The notes under the pieces were generated by a model. It made no database searches. It had not been told where the DNA came from and saw only the letters and a list, made by a program, of their open reading frames with translations. From the NCBI GenBank assembly GCA_052390515.1, contig JBQTGV010000066.1:1-40683 (forward strand): a stretch of 40,683 nt of DNA, written 5' to 3'. Shown piece after piece: positions 8,763-17,379 of the stretch; position 1 is the first letter of the stretch; each line of letters begins with the position of its first letter. The stretch comes from Candidatus Eiseniibacteriota bacterium. Lineage in GTDB: Bacteria > ARS69. The position numbers and the translations under genes are program-made.

Positions 8763-9404
8763 ATGGGCAGCCACCCCTCTCCCGAGCTGGAGCAGCGCCT
8801 GGCGCGCCTCGGCGCCGTTTCGGCGAACGGCGGCGGACGCGCGGACGCCGCTCCCTCCACGGACGACCTCGACTGGTTCCTCTACGAGAGCTTCCCGGAG
8901 TGCGCGGTCCCGGCGGAGACCTTCGTCGGGCTCGTCCCTCTGTATGAGCGGGCGCTCCGCACCGGTGCGTCCTTCGACTTCGAGCTGCTCTTCGTGCGCG
9001 TCGTCGAGCTGGCCCATCGGATCGGCAAGGACGGCGTGCTGCGCGTGGCATGGGCGGCGCGCGACCGGCTGCTCGACGGGCGCTTCGAGCCGCAAGAGGG
9101 GATCGCCGCGCTGCGCTTCGCACTGCGCGCGCTGCCCGAGGACGATCCGTTCCTCGACGAGGTTCTGCAGCGGGAGTCGCTGGCGGCGTTCCGGGAGGAA
9201 TGGGCGCTCGACTTCATGCTCGACGAGCGCGGCCCCGCCGAGTACTTCGCCTTGTCGTACCTGCGGGATGACGATCCGGAGACAGCCGAAGTGCTCGCCT
9301 GCTTCCCGGTGCCCGCGTCACGCGCGGCGAAGCTCGCCGCGTTCCTGGACGCGGCGGAGCGCCGGACCCCTCCCGATCAGTCGAACACTTCGCGGAGCAG
9401 GTAG
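8763..9404 (+). CDS. Hypothetical protein (helical, acidic)
   Basis: ATG 8763 in ORF 8196..9404. Protein-like composition and high-GC third positions; no motif recognised. Confidence 0.65.
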   Translation: MGSHPSPELEQRLARLGAVSANGGGRADAAPSTDDLDWFLYESFPECAVPAETFVGLVPLYERALRTGASFDFELLFVRVVELAHRIGKDGVLRVAWAARDRLLDGRFEPQEGIAALRFALRALPEDDPFLDEVLQRESLAAFREEWALDFMLDERGPAEYFALSYLRDDDPETAEVLACFPVPASRAAKLAAFLDAAERRTPPDQSNTSRSR

Positions 9405-9583
9405 CGCCGGTAGGGCCGGCGTTCGATCATTCGCCTCAGGACGACGCCGGTCGGCGGCCGTTGCGTCGTCTCGACGAGGGGCGGGGAAGTCTCCTGCATG
9501 GACCGCGGGCGCGGCGCGCCGTCTCCGGATCGCTCGGAGAATCTCCTCACCGACTTCCATCTCAACCGGCCTGCTCGACTCAC
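9377..9583 (-). CDS. Possible small basic protein (68 aa)
   Basis: GAGGAG-like RBS upstream of GTG 9583; ends RRMIERRPYRRYLLREVFD. No homology recognised. Confidence 0.3.
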   Translation of the reverse strand: MSRAGRLRWKSVRRFSERSGDGAPRPRSMQETSPPLVETTQRPPTGVVLRRMIERRPYRRYLLREVFD

Positions 9584-9720
9584 GCTGCTCTCTCCTCGGG
9601 AGGGGCCGATTCCTTCTTCGTCGTCCGGCGGCGCGCGCTTGATGCCGTCGGACGGCGGACGGCGCCCGATCTTGCGGGGCTTCGACGTTGCTGGCGTCCG
9701 GTGGCACGCTCCAGCGCCGC

Positions 9721-11043
9721 TCAGCTCTCGGGATCGAACTGGCCCATGGCGTGGAACGCCTCGATGATCCGCTCGATCTCGTCCTGGGTCCGGGTGTCGA
9801 TCTGGCCGGGGCCGTAGGGATGTGTCGCGAAGTACGTCTCGAAGAACGCGAGCGGGCCGCCGGGGATGGCGTCGAGGAACGGCTGGCGCCCGGCGAAGTT
9901 GTCGATCCTCTCCGCAATGCGGTAGCCGACGCGGTACAGCGGACCGTCCTTCTCGAACCCCTTGGCGGCCAGGCGATCGATCTCCTCCGGCCCGGCCCCG
10001 TGGGAGAGACGGTCGGTGATGCCGGCAAGATGGGCGAAGTCCTGATTGATCGAAGACATCCAGCGCTCGATCTCGCCGGAATGCGGCCCGCTCGCGGACG
10101 ACCGCATCGGCGCATCCACGTACACCGCCGATCCCTCGTTCTGCAGCCGCGAGAGCATGGCCAGGTAGCGGTCGAGCGCAAGAGGATCCCACTCCGGCGG
10201 CGCGACCCACGCTTGAATGCGCGCGGCGATCCCGGCGCCGTCCCACAGCTCGTCGTGGGACGCCCTCCACACTTCGCCGACGGTCGTGCGGCCGTACTTC
10301 TGCGCGAGCGACTGCCATACCCCGTCCGGCCAGGCCGGCTCGGGCGTCTGACCGCCGGCCGCGCGGAACCCGACGTGGAAGAGCTCGTGGGTGAGCACGG
10401 ACGCGAGCCGCTCCACGTCGATCGCGCCGCCGTCGTGCGGCGACACGAAGTCGTCCAGCCGCAGAGCGATGTCCTCGCGGTCGGAGAAGGCGAGCCCGGC
10501 CACGCCGCCGCCGACGATGATGTGCGCCTTCGCGTCGAAGCTGCTGCGCGGTGGGAGGAACCCGTTCAGCCGATCGGTGATTCGCCAGCGGATCGTCCCG
10601 GCGACGCGCCGGAACTCGGCGAGCGTCGCGCGGTACGCTGCGGGGCGCGCCCGCACCCTCTGGAATCCGAAGCCGGGATCGCCCTGGCCGGCGAGCGCCG
10701 CCTCCAACGCCTTGCCGAGCTCCGTGCGAACCGCCACCGCCTCGCGGCCGTGTTCGAGCGCGACGTGCTCGCAGAGCAGCGAGTAGCCTCTCGTGTCGAG
10801 GATGTCCTCGATCAGCCGCGAGTTCGCCGACTCCCGCTCGAAGGCCAGGATGACGAGGTTCGCGGTCTCGTCGTCGAACTCCACGTTGCACTGCGACGCG
10901 CCGGCCGGATCCAGTCCGGCGAAGAGCAACGTGGCGGCCGTGAGCGCGACGCTGAGCGCCACGACCGGCCTCGACGTTCGCCGGGCCGGCGTCTCTCTGG
11001 TATGCTGCCGCGCGCCTTCAGTTCCGGAGCGACCTGTGTCCAC
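9721..11043 (-). CDS. Exported putative Zn-dependent metalloprotease (HExxH...E; DUF5700-like)
   Basis: LTHELFHVGF and downstream LQNEGSAVYV. Signal-like VALSVALTAATLLFAG. GGAGGAG RBS before GTG 11043; start could be further downstream. Confidence 0.75.
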   Translation of the reverse strand: MDTGRSGTEGARQHTRETPARRTSRPVVALSVALTAATLLFAGLDPAGASQCNVEFDDETANLVILAFERESANSRLIEDILDTRGYSLLCEHVALEHGREAVAVRTELGKALEAALAGQGDPGFGFQRVRARPAAYRATLAEFRRVAGTIRWRITDRLNGFLPPRSSFDAKAHIIVGGGVAGLAFSDREDIALRLDDFVSPHDGGAIDVERLASVLTHELFHVGFRAAGGQTPEPAWPDGVWQSLAQKYGRTTVGEVWRASHDELWDGAGIAARIQAWVAPPEWDPLALDRYLAMLSRLQNEGSAVYVDAPMRSSASGPHSGEIERWMSSINQDFAHLAGITDRLSHGAGPEEIDRLAAKGFEKDGPLYRVGYRIAERIDNFAGRQPFLDAIPGGPLAFFETYFATHPYGPGQIDTRTQDEIERIIEAFHAMGQFDPES

Positions 11044-11581
11044 GCCGTGGCTCCTCCCGGTGATCGCGCTGCTCGTCGCCTCGCCGGGTCCCGCTTTCGA
11101 GGACGAGGCCGTTCGCCTCGATCTCCCGGAGGGCTGGACCATCGAGGGCGAAGCCGGCGAGTACCGCTTGCTCTCCCCCGAGGACGACGCCGGTTCCCTC
11201 CTGCTCCTGCTCGCCGAGTTCGAGGGCACGCTCTCCGAGCGGCTCGCCGAGATCGAGCGGCAGTTCGTCGAGACCGGCATGATCGAGCCGGAGGCCTCCG
11301 AGACCCGGCACGCGGACGGCAGCGAAATCCTGTACCGCAGGTATCGGCTGACGCTGGGGGGCGCCCAAGAGCAGGACGACGGGGCGGCGCTGCTGCTCCA
11401 CCAGTACTCGTTCGAACGGGCGAACATCCCGGTGCTTCTGCAAGTCGAGGCCGATCCTGATCACACGACGCACGAAGAGCTCTTTCGCGTCGTGTTCTCC
11501 AGCCTGGAGATACGCAGGACCCCGGACTGGTTCCTGTTCCTGGATGAGGCCGGCGGCGAGGAGGTCTCGAAGGAACGATGA
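11036..11581 (+). CDS. Exported hypothetical protein (possibly PsbP/DcrB-like fold)
   Basis: Signal-like WLLPVIALLVASPGPA followed by VRLDLPEGW. GGAG RBS before GTG 11036. Confidence 0.65.
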   Translation: MSTPWLLPVIALLVASPGPAFEDEAVRLDLPEGWTIEGEAGEYRLLSPEDDAGSLLLLLAEFEGTLSERLAEIERQFVETGMIEPEASETRHADGSEILYRRYRLTLGGAQEQDDGAALLLHQYSFERANIPVLLQVEADPDHTTHEELFRVVFSSLEIRRTPDWFLFLDEAGGEEVSKER

Positions 11582-11638
11582 GATGGTCGAGCGTCGTCGC
11601 CGCCGTGTCCGGAGCCACGGACGGCGGCGACCGCCGCA

Positions 11639-12394
11639 CTACCCCCCCGCGGGGAAGTTCTCCTCGAGGAACCACATCAAGAGGTCGGCGAGTCCGGTCT
11701 CCGGCACGAGACCGTCGGTTCCCTCCCAGTTGCACGGGTCGTTCTCGTCGATCGGCTCGAACTCGACGTACTGCTGCGCCGGCCCGAGGAACCGCCCCGC
11801 GTAGTTGCGCATGACCATCGAGCCGCGGGAATCGCCCGACGCGGCGATCATCAGGAGCGGGACGTCGGGCCGCTCCATCAGCTCCAGCACCTCTTCTTTC
11901 TGGATCACCCCGGTGAGCAGGATGAGCGCCCGCACCTCCGGCTTGCGCACCGCTGCCTGCACCGCCGCGTTCACCGAGAGCCCCGTTCCCACCAGAGCGA
12001 CGCGCGACGCGTCCACCCCGGGGCGGCCGGACACCGCGTCGATCGCGTCGAGGTAGTCGAGGAAGAGGTTCCCCTTCTGCTCGTTGTCCAGATCCGCGCC
12101 GGAGGCCACCTCGTGCCGGCTCTCGCCGAAGCCGCGATGATCCACGCGAACCACGGCGTACCCCGCTTCGAGCAGCCGCGGGACGAGCGGGTCCCAGGAG
12201 CTCCGGTCGCGGGCGAGCTGATGGCCGAGCACGACGAGCGGCGCCGGCCCCTTCCCCGGCACCAGCAGGTCCGCGGCGATGGTGAAGCCGTCGGTGGTGC
12301 GGAAGCCCTGGAAGGGGGCCGTACCCGCGCAGGAGACGCTCATCAGGGCGAAGACCGGGAGCGCCGGCCGGACCCATTCGTAGATGCGATTCAT
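11639..12394 (-). CDS. Alpha/beta-hydrolase fold lipoprotein with atypical active site
   Basis: Lipobox-like SVSC; TTDG, LVVLGH, GYAVVRVDHRGFGES. The nucleophile elbow reads GTGLS. Confidence 0.85.
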   Translation of the reverse strand: MNRIYEWVRPALPVFALMSVSCAGTAPFQGFRTTDGFTIAADLLVPGKGPAPLVVLGHQLARDRSSWDPLVPRLLEAGYAVVRVDHRGFGESRHEVASGADLDNEQKGNLFLDYLDAIDAVSGRPGVDASRVALVGTGLSVNAAVQAAVRKPEVRALILLTGVIQKEEVLELMERPDVPLLMIAASGDSRGSMVMRNYAGRFLGPAQQYVEFEPIDENDPCNWEGTDGLVPETGLADLLMWFLEENFPAGG

Positions 12395-12423
12395 CGTATG
12401 ATTCCCCCGGAAGGGCCGGGCCG

Positions 12424-12452
12424 TTGACCCCCGCGAAGGTCGCTGATAGCGT
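12424..12452 (+). promoter_or_regulatory. Putative sigma70 promoter
   Basis: TTGACC (12424-12429), 17 nt spacer, TAGCGT (12447-12452) with TG extension, upstream of GTG 12485. Confidence 0.55.
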
Positions 12453-12484
12453 GCCGCGAGCCTCGATAGAGGCGGGGGGCCGTC

Positions 12485-13717
12485 GTGAACGTGCTCGGAC
12501 TCACCGCTGGAAACGGCAACAGCGCTGCCTGCCTCGTTCGTGACGGCCGGGTCGTCGCCCGGGCCGAGGAGTGCCTCTTCACCCGCCGCCTCGACGAGTC
12601 CGACTTCCCGCGTCAGGCCGTGGAGTTCTGTCTCCGGACGGCGAAGATCGGCGCGGGTTCGCTCGAGGCCGCGGTCGTTTCCGGACGGGAACCATACCCC
12701 GGAAGGACTGCCGGTGCCCCTTCTTTGTTCCGCCGCCTCTTCCGGAATCAGGCCGACCCGGCCGAGCGCGCCATCCGCGAGCTCGACCCGGATGTTCCGC
12801 TTCGCCGGATAGCGCGGGACGAGGCGAACGCGGCCGGCGCGTTCCTCGCTTCGCCCTTCGACGATGCCGCGGTGCTCCTGCTGGACGACGATCACGTCTC
12901 GTTCGGGTCCGGCCGCGGCACTGCCGTGCAGATCCTCTCGTCCTCCGCGGGAGCGGCCGCCGATCCGCGGGAAGCTCTGGAGCGCGCCCGCCGCACGTCG
13001 GGGCTCGAGGCCGTCGTCGTCGGGGGGCGCGCCGCCGATCGCAGCATGCTGCGCCGCCTCGGCACCGGGAACGGGAGCCCCTCGCCGATCTGGATCGAGA
13101 CGCAGCCGGGGGCGGAGGCGATGGGGGCGGCGCTGCACGGCACCGCCTCGCGGGAGGAGGCACGGAAGACGGCGCGTTCGCTCGGGCCCGGCTACAACTC
13201 GCACCAGATCCGCACCTTCCTCCGCTGGCGCGAGGCCCCGGCGGAGGAGCTGGCCCGGGACGACGCGGCCGCTGCCGTCGCCGCGTTGCTCGCGGCGGGC
13301 GAGACGCTCGGGTGGTTCGCGGGCCGCGTCGAGTGCGGTCCCGAGACGGCGGCAAGCCGGGCCGTGCTCCGCCTGCCTCCCGCCGCCGATCCGCTCGGAG
13401 CCGCGGGCGACGACGAAGTGCTCGCCGCCCCCGCCGAGCGCGCAGCCGCCCTCTTCGATTTGGACCCGCGCATCCTCTCGCCGCTCGTCGCTTCGGGTCC
13501 CGGATTCGTGCTGCGCGTCGACCGAGAGGAGCAGCGCGCGCTCCACGCGGTGCTCGGAGCGCTCGAGGCCGTGGGCTTTCCCCCTCTCGTTCTGGCGAAG
13601 CCGCTCGCCCGGCCCGGCGAGCCGGTGGCTTGCACGCCGCGCGATGCCTGGGACGCGTTCGAGACGCTCCCGGTCGACGCTATCATCATGGAGCGCCATC
13701 TCGTCCGGCGGCCTTGA
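12485..13717 (+). CDS. Degenerate carbamoyltransferase (NodU/CmcH family) homologue
   Basis: NSAACLVRDG..AEE..FTRR..SDFP..AVEFCL, SPFDDAAVL, LGPGY, LGWFAGRVECGP, GEPVACTPRDA. Shortened, and metal-binding His residues are absent. Confidence 0.8.
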   Translation: MNVLGLTAGNGNSAACLVRDGRVVARAEECLFTRRLDESDFPRQAVEFCLRTAKIGAGSLEAAVVSGREPYPGRTAGAPSLFRRLFRNQADPAERAIRELDPDVPLRRIARDEANAAGAFLASPFDDAAVLLLDDDHVSFGSGRGTAVQILSSSAGAAADPREALERARRTSGLEAVVVGGRAADRSMLRRLGTGNGSPSPIWIETQPGAEAMGAALHGTASREEARKTARSLGPGYNSHQIRTFLRWREAPAEELARDDAAAAVAALLAAGETLGWFAGRVECGPETAASRAVLRLPPAADPLGAAGDDEVLAAPAERAAALFDLDPRILSPLVASGPGFVLRVDREEQRALHAVLGALEAVGFPPLVLAKPLARPGEPVACTPRDAWDAFETLPVDAIIMERHLVRRP

Positions 13718-13748
13718 CGCGCCCCCCTGATAGCTGGGAAATTGCGGT

Positions 13749-14900
13749 ATGGTCCAGCAGGTGACGTCACCTCAGCCCTTCGTGCCCGGCCTCGCCGGCG
13801 TCATCGCCGCGCAATCCCGCGTGGGATTCGTGGACGGGCACAACGGTATCCTCGAGTACCGCGGGATCCCCATCGAACGGCTCGCCGAGCACAGCACGTT
13901 CGAGGAGACCGCCTACCTCCTGCTGCACGGCCATCTGCCCACGCGCAAGGAGCTGGCCGACTTCGACCGCGCGCTGAAGTCGCACCGCGAGGTGCGGCCG
14001 GAGCTGATCGCCTTGATCCGCTCCCTGCCGAAGGGCGGTCACCCCATGGCGGCGCTGCAGACCGCGGTCGCGGCGATGGGCCTGTACTACCCGCGCACCG
14101 GCGCGACGGACGCCACCGAGCGCGTCGTGTCCGCGTACCGCATCATCGCGCAGGTGGCCACGATGCTCGCCGCATTCGCCCGCCACCGCCGCGGGCAGCC
14201 GCCGGTGGCGCCGCGCCAGGACCTGTCCCACGCCGCGAACTTCCTCTACATGATGAACGGGGCCGAGCCGGCACAGGTCGCGGCGAAGACGATGGACGTC
14301 GCCTTCATCCTGCACGCCGAGCACACGCAGAACGCCTCGACGTTCACCTGCCGCGTCGTCGGCTCTTCCGAGGCCGATCCCTACGCGGCCGTGTCGGCGG
14401 GGCTCGGTTCGCTCGGCGGGCCGCTGCACGGCGGCGCCAACGAGGCCGTGCTGGACATGCTCGAGCAGATCGGGGACACGAGCCGCGCGAAGGAATGGTT
14501 CGAGAACGCCGTCGCCCAGAAGAAGAAGATCATGGGGCTCGGTCACCGCGTCTACAAGGTGAAGGACCCTCGCGCCTTCGCGCTGCAGAAGCTGGCGCGC
14601 CAGGTGTTCGACGAGCTGGGCTCCACCAAGCTCTACGACATCGCCCGCGCCATCGAGGATCTGGCCGCCGATCGGCTGGGCCCGAAGGGCATCTACCCGA
14701 ACGTCGACTTCTTCTCCGGCACCGTGTACCTGAAGCTCGGGATCGAGCGCGAGCTCTTCACCGCGATCTTCGGCGTCGCGCGCGTGGCCGGTTATCTGGC
14801 CCACTACCTCGAGCAGATGGAAGACAACCGCATCTTCCGTCCCGAACAGGAGTACCTCGGGCCGCACGACGCTCCGTACGTCCCCATCGACCGGAGATAG
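13749..14900 (+). CDS. gltA: Citrate synthase (citrate/2-methylcitrate synthase family)
   Basis: GLAGVIA, LHAEHTQNASTF, GPLHGGANE, MGLGHRVYKVKDPRA, YPNVDFFSG. Confidence 0.95.
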   Translation: MVQQVTSPQPFVPGLAGVIAAQSRVGFVDGHNGILEYRGIPIERLAEHSTFEETAYLLLHGHLPTRKELADFDRALKSHREVRPELIALIRSLPKGGHPMAALQTAVAAMGLYYPRTGATDATERVVSAYRIIAQVATMLAAFARHRRGQPPVAPRQDLSHAANFLYMMNGAEPAQVAAKTMDVAFILHAEHTQNASTFTCRVVGSSEADPYAAVSAGLGSLGGPLHGGANEAVLDMLEQIGDTSRAKEWFENAVAQKKKIMGLGHRVYKVKDPRAFALQKLARQVFDELGSTKLYDIARAIEDLAADRLGPKGIYPNVDFFSGTVYLKLGIERELFTAIFGVARVAGYLAHYLEQMEDNRIFRPEQEYLGPHDAPYVPIDRR

Positions 14901-14911
14901 AGGGGCGCGCC

Positions 14912-16249
14912 GTGGCCCCGGGCATCTCCGCCATCGTCAAGCGCAACGGCGAGATCGTCCCGTTCCACCGTGAGAAGATCACCGTCGCCATCTACAAGGC
15001 CGCGGCCGCGATCGGCGGGCACGACCGCCCGCTCTCCGAGCGGCTCTCCGCGCAGGTCGTCGAGGCGCTCGAGGCGACGTACGACGACGACACGCCGCCC
15101 ACCGTGGAGGAGATCCAGGACGTCGTCGAGCGCGTGCTCATCAAGAACGGTCACGCGAAGACGGCGAAGACCTACATCCTCTACCGTCACGAGCGGGCGC
15201 GGATGCGCGACGAGCGCCGTACCGGGCGGATCGAGAACATCCCCTACAAGGCGATGTGGCAGTCGCTGGACTGGGCGGTCGCGCACGGCTGCGAGACGGT
15301 GCAGAAGCTCAACGCGGTCATGCGAGAGGGCCGCCTCCCCGGGCTCATCGCCGACGCGGACGCCCGTTACGAGGGGATCCTGGACGCGGCCGCCGCGGCC
15401 ATCCGGGAGCGGGGCCAGTCGCTCCGCTTCATCATCGTGGCGGGGCCCAGCTCGTCGGGCAAAACTACCACCACGCTCAAGCTCAGCGAGAGGCTCGGCG
15501 CGCACGGCATCCCGGTGATCCCGCTGGCCCTCGACAACTACTTCTTCGACCTGGAGCTGCACCCGCAGGACGAGCACGGCGATCACGATTTCGAGACGCC
15601 GGAGGCCATGGATCTCCAGCTCGTCAACCATCACCTGGCCGAGCTCGACGCCGGACGCGGAATCGACGTTCCCAAGTACGACTTCAAGGCGGGGCGGCGG
15701 ACGAGCGTCACCACGCGCTTCGACCCGAAGCCGGGCACGCTCGTGCTCCTGGACACGCTGCACGGCCTCTACCCGGGCCTCACCGAGAGCGTCCCCGCGG
15801 AGCACAAGTTCAAGGTGTACATCGAGACGATCGGGCAGATGAAGGACGCGAACGGCAGGTACATCCGCTGGACCGACGTCCGCATGCTGCGCCGGATGAT
15901 CCGGGACTCCCAGCACCGCGGGTATTCTCCGGAAAGCACCATCCTGCACTGGCACTACGTGCGCCGATCCGAGCTGAAACACATCATCCCGTTCCAGGGG
16001 ATGGCCGATTTCCTGGTGGATTCCGGACTCGCGTACGAGCTGCCGTTCCTGAAGCTGCACCTCTTCGCCCGGTTCGCCGACTTCATCAAGAAGTGGGCGA
16101 ACGACGAGCGGCGGCTCGACGGCTGGATCCGGGCCAAGCGGGTCGACGAGCTGCTCTCGTCCATCGCGGACGTGAAGGACGACTCGGCCGTGCCCGCCCG
16201 TTCGCTGCTGCGCGAGTTCATCGGAGGGAGCGCCTACGATGTCCACTGA
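14912..16249 (+). CDS. ATP-cone domain fused to a uridine/nucleoside kinase-like P-loop domain
   Basis: IVKRNGEIVPFHREKI..VEEIQDVVE..AKTYILYR (ATP cone); AGPSSSGKTT, LDNYF, DFETPEA, RMLRRMIRD. Confidence 0.88.
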   Translation: MAPGISAIVKRNGEIVPFHREKITVAIYKAAAAIGGHDRPLSERLSAQVVEALEATYDDDTPPTVEEIQDVVERVLIKNGHAKTAKTYILYRHERARMRDERRTGRIENIPYKAMWQSLDWAVAHGCETVQKLNAVMREGRLPGLIADADARYEGILDAAAAAIRERGQSLRFIIVAGPSSSGKTTTTLKLSERLGAHGIPVIPLALDNYFFDLELHPQDEHGDHDFETPEAMDLQLVNHHLAELDAGRGIDVPKYDFKAGRRTSVTTRFDPKPGTLVLLDTLHGLYPGLTESVPAEHKFKVYIETIGQMKDANGRYIRWTDVRMLRRMIRDSQHRGYSPESTILHWHYVRRSELKHIIPFQGMADFLVDSGLAYELPFLKLHLFARFADFIKKWANDERRLDGWIRAKRVDELLSSIADVKDDSAVPARSLLREFIGGSAYDVH

Positions 16250-17201
16250 GTCCGGACGGGAAGCCGCGACGGCGATCCGCTCGGTGGAGTGGACGCTGGA
16301 CGCACCCGGGCGCCTGGACCGCACCGTCACCACGCTGCCCGCGCCCACGGCCGAGGAAGTTCTCGTCGCGACGCGGGTGGGCGCGGTCAGCCCGGGCCTC
16401 GAGCGCGCGCTCCTGCACGGCACCTGTCCCGCGGTCACCGCCCGCGCGTATCCACGCCAGCCGGGCGGACTCAACGTGGTCGTCATCCGCGAGTCGCAGG
16501 ACCGCTCGCTCGTCGGAGACCGCGGCATCGCCCTGCTCGGACACCGGGACTTCGCCCTGATCCCGTACAACCGCTTCCTGCGCGTGCCGCCCGGGATCTC
16601 CGACGAGATCGCGCTGCTCGGCGTGCTGGCAGCGGACGCGAGCTACGCCGTGGAAGTGGCCGCGGTGGATCCGGACGAGGACTGCCTGGTGATCGGCGGC
16701 GGCATCCTCGGCGCGCTCATCGCCTGGGAGCTGTGCCGCCGCACGCGCGGGGCGGTGCGCATCGTCGAGGCGGACCGCGACCGTCGCGAGCTGCTGGAAC
16801 GGATCCGCTTCCCCTCCGAGGTGCGCGTCTCCGATCGGCCGGGCCGGTACCTCTTCCACTCCGTGTTCGAGTGCGCGAACTCCGCGGCCGCCTTCGAGCT
16901 CTCGCAGGAGGCGGCGCGGGCGGGCGGCTCCATCGTGGTCGTGGCGGACGGGTGCCACGAGCCGTACCCGCTGGCGGGCGGGTTCTTCGCCAAGGGTCTC
17001 TACCTGGGCAAGCCCGGCAGCCATCCCGATCTTCGCGGCTTCCTGAACGAGTGGTTCTCCCGGCGAGAGGACCGCGCGACGCTCGTCGCCAACGCGTTCC
17101 GCGAGGACATCCGCTTCGACGAGTTCCCCCAGTCCTACCTCAAGGCCGTCCTGGCGCCGATCTCGGAGCGGGCCGGCCTGCTGCCTCGCGTCCTGTACTG
17201 A
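16239..17201 (+). CDS. Medium-chain dehydrogenase/reductase-like protein (Zn-ADH fold), atypical
   Basis: EVLVAT..AVSPGLE, YPRQPG, VIGGGILG Rossmann motif, VFECA. Canonical Zn ligands not seen. Confidence 0.7.
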   Translation: MSTESGREAATAIRSVEWTLDAPGRLDRTVTTLPAPTAEEVLVATRVGAVSPGLERALLHGTCPAVTARAYPRQPGGLNVVVIRESQDRSLVGDRGIALLGHRDFALIPYNRFLRVPPGISDEIALLGVLAADASYAVEVAAVDPDEDCLVIGGGILGALIAWELCRRTRGAVRIVEADRDRRELLERIRFPSEVRVSDRPGRYLFHSVFECANSAAAFELSQEAARAGGSIVVVADGCHEPYPLAGGFFAKGLYLGKPGSHPDLRGFLNEWFSRREDRATLVANAFREDIRFDEFPQSYLKAVLAPISERAGLLPRVLY

Positions 17202-17258
17202 CGGGTCCGCCTGGCCGCCTCACGTCCTGTACTGACGGGTCCGCCAGCCGCCTCGCGT
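17183..17258. repeat. Imperfect tandem duplication (~33-34 bp, 2 copies plus partial) of the dehydrogenase 3' end including its stop
   Basis: GCCTCGCGTCCTGTACTGACGGGTCCGCCTGGCC / GCCTCACGTCCTGTACTGACGGGTCCGCCAGCC / GCCTCGCGT. Confidence 0.9.
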
Positions 17259-17379
17259 GCTGTCCGGGCGGGCCGGTCCTTTCGCGTTTCCTGAGCGATC
17301 CTGACATCCGGAGGGGCGCGTCAACCCTTCCAGCCTGCCGACCGATGAAGAGGGACGCCCTGGCTGCCTGCGCGCGAGA

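Noticed and set aside
13714-13742. TTGACG promoter upstream of gltA
   Set aside because: No convincing -10 at 16-18 nt spacing.
5744-17258. Short direct repeats (5744, 8644, 17183) as CRISPR arrays
   Set aside because: Only two adjacent copies each, no unique spacers, different sequences, no cas genes.
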